Source: an uncultured Actinomycetota bacterium (GTDB taxonomy: Bacteria > Actinomycetota > Actinomycetes > Actinomycetales > Microbacteriaceae). Taken from it: DNA of 64,000 nt. Within the stretch, counting starts at the first letter, position 1. Each line of letters starts with the position of its first letter. Location: NCBI GenBank assembly GCA_963734315.1, contig CAVTGP010000006.1, forward strand, positions 9,338 to 73,337, given 5' to 3'. Below are positions 40,631 to 51,904 of this stretch, piece after piece. The notes beneath the pieces are model-generated. The model made no database searches. It was not told the DNA's origin and was given only the letters and a program-made list of their open reading frames with translations. The translations under genes were made by a program, and so were the position numbers.

Positions 40631-42336
40631 ACGTTGCGGCGGGCGCGCCGCCGGGCAATCCGTTGGCTGCCGAGCCCCTGCTCGTCGTTCGCGACCTCCG
40701 CGTGGCGTTCTCCGCCAGGGGCGGCGTCGTGGCCGCCGTCGACGGCGCGGATTTCGCCGTGCACCGTGGGGAGACGGTGGCCGTCGTCGGCGAGTCGGGA
40801 TCGGGCAAGTCGACCGTCGCTCAGGCGATACTCGGGCTGCTACCGCGCGCCGGTCGCCTGCTCGGCGGATCCGTGGTGTTCGACGGCACCGAACTGACCA
40901 CGCTCGGCCGGAAGGAGCTGGAGGCGGTCCGGGGCCGTGAGATCGGCTTCGTGCCCCAAGACGCGATGTCCAGCCTCAACCCCGCCTGGAGCGTCGGTTT
41001 CCAGGTCGAGGAGGCGATCCGGGCGAACGGTGTGGCGTCCGGTCGAGGCACGGTGCGGTCGAAAGCGGTCGAGGTCGTGCAGCAGGCCGGGCTCTCCAAT
41101 GCCGCGAGTCGGCTGCGGCTCTTCCCCCATCAGCTCTCTGGGGGCATGCGGCAGCGCGTGCTCATCGGGATCGGTCTGTCGAGCGAACCGAAACTGCTGA
41201 TCGCCGACGAGCCGACGTCCGCCCTCGATCTGACCACGCAACGGGTCGTTCTGGACCATCTGGCCCTTTTGGCCAGGGACCGCGGCACGGCGGTGCTGTT
41301 GATCACTCACGACCTCGCCCTGGCGGCGGAGCGCTCCGAGCGGATGGTCGTGATGCATCGAGGCCGTGTCGTCGAGGTCGGCCCGAGTCGCGAGGTCGTC
41401 GAGGACCCTCGGCACTCGTACACGCGCAGCTTGGTCCGTGCTGCGCCGAGTCACGCCGGCAGGCCGGCGCTGGCGGTCGCGAGGCGCACACCGGTCGCCG
41501 CCACGCCGACGCCGACGATCTCGGTGGAAGCACTCACCAAGGAGTTCACGACCCGTCGCGGCCCGTTCGCGCACGACACGGTCGTCGCGGTGGATGCCGT
41601 CACGTTCGAGGTGGCGAGCGGGACGACGACGGCTCTCGTCGGCGAGTCGGGGTCGGGCAAATCCACCGTTGCACAGCTGATCCTCCGACTGCTGGAGCCG
41701 ACCAGCGGACGCGTGGTCGTCGACGGCAGGGAGACGGGGGAGCTGGCCGGGCGGGAGCTTCTCGACCTCCGCCGTCGGATGCAGCCCGTTTTCCAGGATC
41801 CGTACGGATCGCTCGACCCGCTGCGGAGTGTCGGAGCGAGCATCGCCGAGCCGCTCGTGGTGCACCGTGTCGGTGACCGCCCGTCACGGCGTGCACGCGT
41901 CGCGGAGCTGCTCGACCAGGTCGCTCTGCCGGCCGCCTTCGCATCGAGATATCCGAACGAGCTGTCCGGAGGTCAGCGGCAACGCGTGGCGATCGCGCGG
42001 GCGTTGGCGCTGAATCCCGACATCGTCGTGCTCGACGAAGCGGTCTCGGCTCTCGACGTGCTGAGTCAGGCCCAGGTGCTCGAGCTGCTGTCCGATCTGC
42101 AGGAGCAGCTCGGACTCACCTACCTCTTCATCTCGCACGATCTCGGGGTGGTACGCGAGATCGCCGACGAGGTCTGCGTGATGCGGAAGGGGCGGATAGT
42201 GGAGCGCGGGCGGACGGCCGAGGTGTTCGCGGCGCCACTCCACGCGCACACCAGGGCCTTGCTCGGAGCGATCCCCGGAGCGGCCGATCCGCGCGGTCAT
42301 GCCGTATTCGCAGAAGGGGATGCCCGACTGGGATAG
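40627..42336 (+). CDS. Peptide ABC ATP-binding protein (fused, two NBDs)
   Basis: Two GESGSGKST motifs; LSGGMRQR and LSGGQRQR. Confidence 0.93.
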   Translation: MNVAAGAPPGNPLAAEPLLVVRDLRVAFSARGGVVAAVDGADFAVHRGETVAVVGESGSGKSTVAQAILGLLPRAGRLLGGSVVFDGTELTTLGRKELEAVRGREIGFVPQDAMSSLNPAWSVGFQVEEAIRANGVASGRGTVRSKAVEVVQQAGLSNAASRLRLFPHQLSGGMRQRVLIGIGLSSEPKLLIADEPTSALDLTTQRVVLDHLALLARDRGTAVLLITHDLALAAERSERMVVMHRGRVVEVGPSREVVEDPRHSYTRSLVRAAPSHAGRPALAVARRTPVAATPTPTISVEALTKEFTTRRGPFAHDTVVAVDAVTFEVASGTTTALVGESGSGKSTVAQLILRLLEPTSGRVVVDGRETGELAGRELLDLRRRMQPVFQDPYGSLDPLRSVGASIAEPLVVHRVGDRPSRRARVAELLDQVALPAAFASRYPNELSGGQRQRVAIARALALNPDIVVLDEAVSALDVLSQAQVLELLSDLQEQLGLTYLFISHDLGVVREIADEVCVMRKGRIVERGRTAEVFAAPLHAHTRALLGAIPGAADPRGHAVFAEGDARLG

Positions 42337-42383
42337 AATGGACCGTTCCCCATTTCTTTCTGACGAGAGTCGAGCCTTCACGC

Positions 42384-44301
<1,918 letters not shown>

Positions 44302-44351
44302 CAGCACGACGCCTGAGCGTCCCCGCTCCCGCCTCGGCGCATAATCGACAC

Positions 44352-44822
44352 ATGAGACGTTCGCGTCTGCTCGCGATCCCGGTCGCGGCCCTCCTCATCC
44401 TGGGGGTCGCGCCCGCGCTCGCGGGATGCAGCTTCCAGTCGGTCGTGAAGGACGTCACCGGCGGCAACGTGGACATCGGCGGCGACAAGGTCCCTGCCGA
44501 CTTCCCGACGTCCGTCCCGCTGTACAAGGGCACCGTCGTCTTCGGGGCGGGTGTCGGCAGCGGACACGGCAAGGTCTGGAACGTGACGGTCACCGTGCCG
44601 GACGCGAAGGCCTACGCGGACATCCAGAAACAGCTGGCCGACGCCGGGTTCACCGGCCAGTTCGGTGCGCAGGGTCCGGATGGCGGAGGCACGGGCACGT
44701 TTGCGAACGACCAGTACGGCGTCCTCGTCGTGGTCACCGACGCCGGCAGCAACGGCTGGGTCGCCAACTACTCGGTGTCCCGCGCGGCCGTCGAGTCGCC
44801 GACGCCGACGCCCTCCCCCTAG
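44352..44822 (+). CDS. Hypothetical lipoprotein
   Basis: MRRSR, a hydrophobic stretch and lipobox LAGC; VPADFP..VPL motif; PT-rich tail; CATAAT 6 nt before the ATG. Confidence 0.75.
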   Translation: MRRSRLLAIPVAALLILGVAPALAGCSFQSVVKDVTGGNVDIGGDKVPADFPTSVPLYKGTVVFGAGVGSGHGKVWNVTVTVPDAKAYADIQKQLADAGFTGQFGAQGPDGGGTGTFANDQYGVLVVVTDAGSNGWVANYSVSRAAVESPTPTPSP

Positions 44823-44842
44823 GAGACGAAGCGCGGCCCCAC

Positions 44843-44898
44843 GATTCGTGACGAGTGTCGCGAAAAGCACTGCTATTTCGATGATTCGTGACGAGTGT
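44843..44898. repeat. 16-bp direct repeat enclosing a small hairpin, between convergent genes
   Basis: GATTCGTGACGAGTGT at 44843-44858 and 44883-44898; the interval contains CGAAAAGCACTGCTATTTCG. Confidence 0.7.
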
Positions 44899-44909
44899 GC
44901 GAGTCGCCT

Positions 44910-46238
44910 CTACGCGAACAGCCCCGCGCCCACGTACGTGCCCTCGCGCGCTCCCGGCGGGACGGCGAAGATCGCCGAGCCCACGTGCTTGAGGTACTCG
45001 TTCATCAGATCGTTCTTTGCGAGCCGGTTCTGGATGGGGATGAACTGCGTGCGCGGATCCCGCTGAAACGCGATGAAGAAGAGTCCGGCGTTCAGCCGGC
45101 CGAGGTCGTCGTTGCCGTCGACGAAGTTGTAGCCGCGCCGCAGGAGCTGGGCGCCGTCGTTCATCGACGGGTGCGCGAGGCGCACGTGCGAGTCCGGATC
45201 GATCTTCGTGCCACCGGCCGGCGACAGTGCGAGGAAATTCGGCTCGGTGAACTCGGTGCCGCCCGAAAGCGGCGCTCCCTCGCCCTTGTCGCGCCCGACG
45301 ATGCGTTCCTGCTCGCCGAGCTGCTGCCGGTCCCAGGTCTCGATGACCATGCGGATCTTGCGCGCCACGAGGTACGAGCCACCGTGCATCCACGCCGGCC
45401 CGTCGGAGGCGGCGGCCCACACCTGGTCGTCGACCACGCCCGCGTCCTCCGCCTTGATGTTGGCGGTGCCGTCCTTGAAGCCGAACAGGTTGCGCGGCGT
45501 CGTCTGGCTGCGCGAGGTGGAGGAGGTGCGTCCGAAGCCCAGCTGCGACCATCGGATGGCGGCGCGCCCGAACGCGATGCGCGACAGGTTGCGGATGGCG
45601 TGCACCGCGACTTGGGGATCCTCGCTGCAGGCCTGGACGCACAGGTCGCCGCCGGTGAGCGAGTCGATCAGCGCGTCGCCGGGGAAGGGCGGGAGGTCGA
45701 CGAGCGCGGCCGGCCGTCTGGTCGCGATCCCGAACCGGTCGCTGCCGTCGGCGGCGGCGAACAGGGTCGGGCCGAAGCCGAAGGTGAGCGTGAGGCCTCC
45801 GGGAGGGAGGTCGAGAGCCTCCCCGGTGTCGTCCGGTGGAGCGTCGATCGGGCCGGACGCCGGGCCGTACGTGCCCGCCGGTCGGCCCTGTGTCAGGCGC
45901 GCGGCGGCGGCGGTCCAATCGCGCAGCAGCTCGATCAGGCCGTCGCGGTCGAGGCCCGTCGCGACGTCGAACGCTGCGAAGTGCAGGCGATCCTGCGCCG
46001 GCGTGACGATACCGGCCTGATTGGCGCCGTAGAACGGATAGGTCGTGTCGGCGGGGGAGCTGCCGACAGCGTGGCCTACAGCCGCCCCTGCTCCGAAGCC
46101 GACGACGCCGGCGCCGACCGCCACGCCCGCGAGTCCGAGCATCCCGCGTCGCGACAAGCCGGACCGCCCGGAACCCCCCGTGCCATCGGGGAGGGCAGCG
46201 GGCTCCGGGCGGTCGATGGCCGTGTTCTCCTCGGTCAC
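44910..46238 (-). CDS. efeB: Tat-exported Dyp-type peroxidase / deferrochelatase
   Basis: SRRGML Tat motif; QAGIVTPAQ; GDLCVQAC; NLFGFKDGTAN; SHVRLAHP; LLRRGYNF; GLFFIAFQ. Confidence 0.95.
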   Translation of the reverse strand: MTEENTAIDRPEPAALPDGTGGSGRSGLSRRGMLGLAGVAVGAGVVGFGAGAAVGHAVGSSPADTTYPFYGANQAGIVTPAQDRLHFAAFDVATGLDRDGLIELLRDWTAAAARLTQGRPAGTYGPASGPIDAPPDDTGEALDLPPGGLTLTFGFGPTLFAAADGSDRFGIATRRPAALVDLPPFPGDALIDSLTGGDLCVQACSEDPQVAVHAIRNLSRIAFGRAAIRWSQLGFGRTSSTSRSQTTPRNLFGFKDGTANIKAEDAGVVDDQVWAAASDGPAWMHGGSYLVARKIRMVIETWDRQQLGEQERIVGRDKGEGAPLSGGTEFTEPNFLALSPAGGTKIDPDSHVRLAHPSMNDGAQLLRRGYNFVDGNDDLGRLNAGLFFIAFQRDPRTQFIPIQNRLAKNDLMNEYLKHVGSAIFAVPPGAREGTYVGAGLFA

Positions 46239-46244
46239 CGTCTC

Positions 46245-47422
46245 CTACTTGACCAGGATCGACGTGAGCTGGCTGAGGGGCTCGCTCAGCGCGTTGACGG
46301 AGTCGGAGAGCTCCTTGACCTGCGCCGTCGTGAGGTCGGTGTAGCTCACGTAGCCGTCGCCGGACGCGTACTGCGCGAGCAGCCTGTCGATCGTCGCGAA
46401 CTCGCCGTCGAGCCTCTTCGCGGTGCTCGTGCCGGTGCTGCCCTTCTGGAGCAGGATCGCCCGGACGTTGCCGTAGGCGACCTCCGCGCCCTCCACGTTG
46501 GCCTTGAAGTCCCAGAGGTCGGTGTGCGAGAACGTCTCCTCCTCGCCGGTGATCTTGCTGCGCGAGACCTCCTCCATCAGCCCGCTGGCGCCGTTGGAGA
46601 TCTGGTCGAGGGTCAGGGTGAAGTCCTTCGCGTAGACGAGGTCGTAGAGCTTCTGCGTGTCGGCCACGAGCTGGTCGCCGAGCAGCGTGCGTCCGGCGGC
46701 GTCCGAGGGCGTGAACCCGGCGGGAGCCCAGAGGTCCTTCTCGATGCGGTGCCAGCCGGTCCAGGCCTGGCCCTGCTCGAGGTCGGCCTCGCGCAGGTCG
46801 AGCGCGGGGTCGATGTCGCCGAACTGCTCGGCGGTCGGCTCGATGCGCTCGTAGAAGGCGCGCGCGGCCGGGTACTGGGCGCGTGCGGCTGCGTCGTCGC
46901 CCGCCTCGTAGGCGGCGGCGAACGTCTTCGTGGCGGTGAGCAGCTGCCCGGTCTGGTCCTTCACGTAGCTGACGTAGTTGGTCACGGCCTGGGCGACCTG
47001 CTTGCTCTCGCTGGCGGTCTTGGTGTCGCCGGATCCCTTCGTCACCGAGAACTTCGCGAGCGAGCTGGGAGTGCCGACCATGCCCTTCCTGCAGGCGGTG
47101 AAGTAGCTGCCCTCCGCCAGCTGCACCACGTAGTTGACTGTGGTGCCGGGGCCGATGTTCTCCTTCTCGCCTGCGATGCGGAGCTTGTCCTGCGCGAGCA
47201 TCTCGAACTCGTTGACGTCGGAGCCCGTGTTGGTCACCTGGAACGTGATCGGTCCGGCCGGAGCCGTCGCGGTTTTCACGGTGCAGGAGCTGTCGGTCAG
47301 TGTGACCTCGATGGCCTCGGATTCGGCGGTCGCTTTGGGAACGCAGCCGGTGAGGGCGAGAGCGAGGGCGGCGGCGCCGGCGAGGAGGCCGGCTGCGGTG
47401 CCGAGGTTGCGGGTCGGGGCAT
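46245..47422 (-). CDS. efeO: EfeO iron-uptake lipoprotein (cupredoxin + imelysin-like); 1-nt indel just after the likely ATG
   Basis: Lipobox LTGC; ENIGPG; YERIEP; WTGWHRIEKDLW; KITGEEETFSHTDLWDF.AN. Confidence 0.92.
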
Positions 47423-47514
47423 GGAGGTGCTGCCCTTTCTGCTGTGGGGCGGTCTGCTCTGGTGGAGGTCTGCTTCGGTGGAGGCCGGTGCTGCGGGCCA
47501 GGGGAGTAGTCGGG

Positions 47515-48389
47515 TCAGGAGGCGACCGGCGCGTGCGGGGGCAGGTGCGGTCGCGGGTTTCGCGGGGGAGGCGGCAGGCCGGCCGGCTGACCGGTGCTGA
47601 CGCACGTAGAAGAACGCGACCACGACGATGTAGCCGACCCACGCGATCACCTGCAGCCAGGTGGGCGACGGGTTGAAGTTGAGGATGCCGGCGAGCGCGG
47701 TGCCGTACCAGCTCGACGCCGGGATGACGCCGCTGATGTCGTAGGCGTGGATGCCGGCGCCCGGGATCACGCCGGCCTCCTGCAGGTCGCCGATCCCGTA
47801 CGCGAGCACGCCGCCGGCGACCAGGATGAGGAAGGCGCCGGTCCAGGTGAAGAACGACGCCGAGATTGATGCGGACCGATTCCGCGGTAGAGCAGGAAGC
47901 CCAGCACCGCGGCGGCCAGGATGCCGAGCAGCGCGCCGATCACGGGCTCCCAGCCGCCGCCGATGCTGGCGACGGTCGCCCAGACGAACAGCGCGGTCTC
48001 GATGCCCTCGCGGCCGACGCTCAGCATCGCCAGGATGACCACGCCCCAGCCGGCGCCGACGAGCGCGGAGTCGAGTCGGGTCTGCAGCGTGCACTTCATG
48101 CTGCGGGCTGTCTTGCCCATCCAGAAGATCATCCAGGTGACGAAGCCGACGGCGATGATGCGACAGCTGCCGCCCATGATCTCCTGCGCCTGCGAAGCTG
48201 AGCCCGTACGGGCCCCAGGTGAGCAGCGCACCGATGCCGAGCGGGACGACGATGGCGATCGCCCACACCGATCCAGAGTTTCGAGAGCACGTCCCGTCGA
48301 TCGACCTTCACGACGTAGGCGACGAGGATGCCGACGACGAGCGCCGCTTCGAGGCCTTCGCGGAGGCCGATCAGGTAGTTCGCGAGCAC
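47515..48389 (-). CDS. efeU: FTR1-family iron permease; several apparent frameshifts, 3' end approximate
   Basis: Twin REGxE motifs LREGLEAAL and [10 protein letters not shown]; MIFWM; [10 protein letters not shown]; pieces lie in three frames. Confidence 0.9.
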
Positions 48390-48418
48390 AGGGGACCTTC
48401 GGAAGGGGAGCAGGGGAT

Positions 48419-48437
48419 GTTGGTAAGGCTAACCTTA
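48419..48437. promoter_or_regulatory. IdeR/DtxR iron box
   Basis: GTTGGTAAGGCTAACCTTA closely matches TWAGGTWAGSCTWACCTWA; about 30 bp upstream of efeU. Confidence 0.82.
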
Positions 48438-48488
48438 CCCGTTCGACTCTAATCACGTCCGTCGACCCTGTCCAGCTAGGATGCGAAG

Positions 48489-48878
48489 ATGCTCAGCCGG
48501 ATCGTCAATGCCGTGCTCCTGGTGCTCGCGGGCGCGATCGTCGGCGGCATCGGGACGGTCGCCCACCAGTTCACCGTCACCTGGGGCGTGCCCGTCCCGC
48601 TCGGGCTGATCGGCTCCCTCGTCGGCTTTACGGCCCTGCTCGTCGGGCTCCGCCTGCTCACCGAGTCGCGATGGCCGGCGCTCTGCGCGGCTCTCGGCGC
48701 GATCGCCATGATGCTGGTGCTCACGCAGCAGAGCCCGGGAGGCTCCGTGCTGATCCCGAACAACCTGGGCGGCCAGATCTGGTTGGTCGCGCCCATCGTC
48801 ATCGCTGCCGTCGTGGTCGCCTGGCCCGATGTGCGCGGTCGTCGCCGCGGGGCCGCCGCCGAGTCGCGGACGTCCTAA
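48489..48878 (+). CDS. Small four-TM hypothetical membrane protein
   Basis: Hydrophobic 129 aa; SPGGSVLIP motif; TAGGAT 6 nt before the ATG (probably leaderless); upstream of fdxA. Confidence 0.75.
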   Translation: MLSRIVNAVLLVLAGAIVGGIGTVAHQFTVTWGVPVPLGLIGSLVGFTALLVGLRLLTESRWPALCAALGAIAMMLVLTQQSPGGSVLIPNNLGGQIWLVAPIVIAAVVVAWPDVRGRRRGAAAESRTS

Positions 48879-48920
48879 GCTAGAGGGGTACTCCGCTTCG
48901 CGAAGGGAAACCGAACCACA

Positions 48921-49241
48921 GTGACCTACGTCATCGCCCTCCCGTGCGTCGATGTGAAAGACCGGGCCTGCATCGACGAATGCCCCGTCGACTGCATCTA
49001 CGAGGGCGAACGGTCGCTCTACATCCACCCCGACGAGTGCGTCGACTGCGGAGCCTGCGAGCCGGTCTGCCCCGTCGAGGCGATCTACTACGAAGACGAT
49101 CTGCCGGAGGAGTGGGCCGACTACTACAAGGCCAACGTCGAGTTCTTCGACGACATCGGCTCGCCCGGCGGCGCCGCCAAGGTCGGCGTGATCGCCAAAG
49201 ATCACCCGATCATCGCCGCGCTGCCCCCTCAGGCGCACTGA
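48921..49241 (+). CDS. fdxA: 7Fe ferredoxin
   Basis: [20 protein letters not shown] and [17 protein letters not shown]; conserved fdxA-dapC context. Confidence 0.96.
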   Translation: MTYVIALPCVDVKDRACIDECPVDCIYEGERSLYIHPDECVDCGACEPVCPVEAIYYEDDLPEEWADYYKANVEFFDDIGSPGGAAKVGVIAKDHPIIAALPPQAH

Positions 49242-49242
49242 C

Positions 49243-50405
49243 GTGGCGCTCGGAGAGCTTCCCGACTACCCCTGGGACCTGATGGCGCCCTACGCGGCGC
49301 GAGCGCGGGAGTGGTGCGGTCCGAGCCGTTCGGCGACGCGTCCGAGCCTTCGGCGACGCGTCCGGCATCGTCGACCTCTCGATCGGGTCGCCCGTCGACC
49401 CGACGCCCGAGCTGATCCGTCGTGCCCTCGCTGACGCGACCGACGCCCACGCCTACCCGCAGACCGTCGGCACGCCCGCACTGCGCGAGGCGATCGTGGA
49501 CTGGTTCGAGCGGCGCCGGGGCGTGCCGGGCCTCGCCGTCGAGAACGTGCTGCCGACGATCGGCTCCAAGGAGCTCGTGGCCTTCCTGCCGTTCTTGCTC
49601 GGGCTCGGGGAGGGCGACGCCGTCGTGCACCCGCGCGCGGCCTACCCGACGTACGCGATCGGCGCAGCCCTTGCCGGGGCAGAGTCCGTCGCGAGCGACG
49701 ACCCGGCCGACTGGCCGGAGAACACCCGCCTGGTCTGGCTGAACAGCCCGGGCAATCCCGACGGGCACGTGCTCTCGGTGGAGGAGCTGGCAGCGGCAGT
49801 CGCCCGTGCCCGCGAGCTCGGCGCCGTACCTCGCGAGCGACGAGTGCTACGCCGAGCTCGGCTGGGAGCGCCCGTGGGATGCCGAGCCGATCCCCAGCGT
49901 GCTCGACCCGCGCGTCATCGGCGACGACCGCACCGGCGTGCTCGCCGTCTACTCGCTGAGCAAGCAGTCCAATCTCGCCGGCTACCGCGCCGCGTTCGTC
50001 GCGGGCGACCCGAGCCTGATCGCACGGCTCACCACGGTGCGCAAGCACGCGGGGCTCATGCTTCCGTCGCCGCTGCAGGCCGCAATGGTCGTCGCCCTCG
50101 GCGACGACGCGCACGTCGCGGAGCAGCGCGAGCGCTACCGCGCGCGACGGGAGCTCCTCAAGCCGGCACTGGAGGCCGCCGGCTTCCGCATCGACCGGAG
50201 CGAGGCGGGCCTCTACCTGTGGGCGACCGAAGGGCGCGATGCGTGGGAGAGCATCGGCCGGCTCGCCGATCTCGGCATCCTCGCCGGCCCCGGCGTCTTC
50301 TACGGAGACCATTTCCCGCAGCATGTGCGGCTCTCGCTCACGGCGACGGACGAGCGGATCGCGGCCGCAGCGTCGCGATTGCGTGCATTTGGAGAGTCCC
50401 TCTAA
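49243..50405 (+). CDS. dapC: Succinyldiaminopimelate transaminase; apparent frameshifts at about 49315-49360 and 49828
   Basis: LPDYPWD; IVDLSIGSPVDPTP; PTIGSKE; WLNSPGNPDG; SDECY; YSLSKQSNLAGYR; SEAGLYLW. Confidence 0.9.
49320..49364 (+). repeat. Tandem repeat (21-bp + 20-bp copies) inside the 5' end of dapC
   Basis: TCCGAGCCGTTCGGCGACGCG followed by TCCGAGCC-TTCGGCGACGCG, then TCCG. Confidence 0.8.
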
Positions 50406-50536
50406 CCATCCGCCAGCTCCTTTGCGTGATGCGACAGTTGTCGTGCGGGTTGGCTAGGCTGTACCAGCACGGCTTCACTGCGGCGCTGACACGAACGGCG
50501 CGCGAAGCATCCCGAAAACCCCATCCAGGAGGCGTT

Positions 50537-51886
50537 GTGAGCGGACTCGGTACCGAGCAGGCCGACACCGATCAGTCACAGGCGGAGCAGCGCGGCCCCG
50601 CCCGTGCGGCGGCCGTCGCAGAACTGCGCTACCCGGGCGGAGTCGCCGAGTTCCCGATCCTGCCGAGCACGCAAGGCGCGTCGAGCATCGACCTCTCGAG
50701 CCTCACTCGGCAGACCGGGCTGACCAGCCTCGACTACGGGTTCGTCAACACGGCTGCGACGCGCTCCGCCATCACGTACATCGACGGCGACGCGGGCATC
50801 CTGCGTTATCGCGGCTACCCGATCGAGCAGGTCGCGGAGCACTCGACGTTCCTCGAGGTGGCCTGGCTGCTCATCCACGGTGAGCTGCCGACGCCGGCCG
50901 AGCTCTCCGACTTCGACGAGCGCATCCGCCGCCATACGCTCCTGCACGAGGATCTGCGCCGCTTCTTCAGCGCGCTCCCGCACGACGCGCACCCGATGTC
51001 GGTGCTCTCCAGTGCCGTCTCGGCCCTGTCGACCTTCTACCAGGACTCGCTGAGCGTGCACGACCCGGAGCAGGTCGAGCTCTCGACGGTCCGCCTCCTC
51101 GCCAAGCTTCCCGTGATCGCGGCCTACGCTCACAAGAAGAGCATCGGCCAGGCGTTCCTCTACCCGGACAACTCGCTGAGTTTCGTCGACAACTTCCTCC
51201 GGCTCAACTTCGGCACCCTCGCCGAGCCGTACGAGGTGAACCCCGTGCTGTCGCGCGCGCTGGAGCGCCTGCTCATCCTGCACGAGGACCACGAGCAGAA
51301 CGCCTCCACGTCGACCGTCCGGCTCGTCGGCTCCACACAGGCGAACCTCTTCGCCTCGGTCTCCGCCGGCATCAACGCGCTCTACGGCCCGCTCCACGGC
51401 GGCGCGAACGAGGCCGTCCTCGAGATGCTCGCAGGCATCCGCGACTCTGGCGAGGGCGTGCAGAAGTTCGTCGAGCGCGTCAAGAACAAGGAGTCTGGCG
51501 TCAAGCTGATGGGCTTCGGTCACCGCGTCTACAAGAACTTCGACCCGCGCGCCAGACTGGTCAAGCAGACCGCCGACGAGGTGCTCGACGCGCTCGGCGT
51601 GCACGACCCGCTGCTCGACATCGCGAAGGAGCTCGAGGAGGTCGCGCTCGCCGACCAGTACTTCGTCGACCGCCGGCTTTACCCGAACGTCGACTTCTAC
51701 ACCGGCGTGATCTACAAGGCGATGGGCTTCCCGACGCGGATGTTCACGGTGCTCTTCGCGATCGGCCGCCTCCCGGGCTGGATCGCCCACTGGCGCGAGA
51801 TGACGCAGGATCCGAGCACCAAGATCGGCCGTCCGCAGCAGCTCTACGTCGGCGACGCCGAGCGCAGCTGGCCCGACGGCCGCTGA
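50537..51886 (+). CDS. gltA: Citrate synthase (type II)
   Basis: SAITYIDGDAGILRYRGYPIEQ; LHEDHEQNAST; GPLHGGANE; LMGFGHRVYK; YPNVDFY; GTG after GGAGG. Confidence 0.96.
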   Translation: MSGLGTEQADTDQSQAEQRGPARAAAVAELRYPGGVAEFPILPSTQGASSIDLSSLTRQTGLTSLDYGFVNTAATRSAITYIDGDAGILRYRGYPIEQVAEHSTFLEVAWLLIHGELPTPAELSDFDERIRRHTLLHEDLRRFFSALPHDAHPMSVLSSAVSALSTFYQDSLSVHDPEQVELSTVRLLAKLPVIAAYAHKKSIGQAFLYPDNSLSFVDNFLRLNFGTLAEPYEVNPVLSRALERLLILHEDHEQNASTSTVRLVGSTQANLFASVSAGINALYGPLHGGANEAVLEMLAGIRDSGEGVQKFVERVKNKESGVKLMGFGHRVYKNFDPRARLVKQTADEVLDALGVHDPLLDIAKELEEVALADQYFVDRRLYPNVDFYTGVIYKAMGFPTRMFTVLFAIGRLPGWIAHWREMTQDPSTKIGRPQQLYVGDAERSWPDGR

Positions 51887-51904
51887 GTCTGTGCCCTCGG
51901 CGCT

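Noticed and set aside
44843-44898. Possible mini-CRISPR
   Set aside because: Only two 16-bp repeats and one 24-bp spacer, with no leader and no cas genes in the window.
49496-51886. 796-aa ORF that looks like a DapC-citrate synthase fusion
   Set aside because: A frameshift near 49828 carries dapC into a junk frame. The real DapC C-terminus stops at 50405, and gltA has its own RBS and start at 50537.
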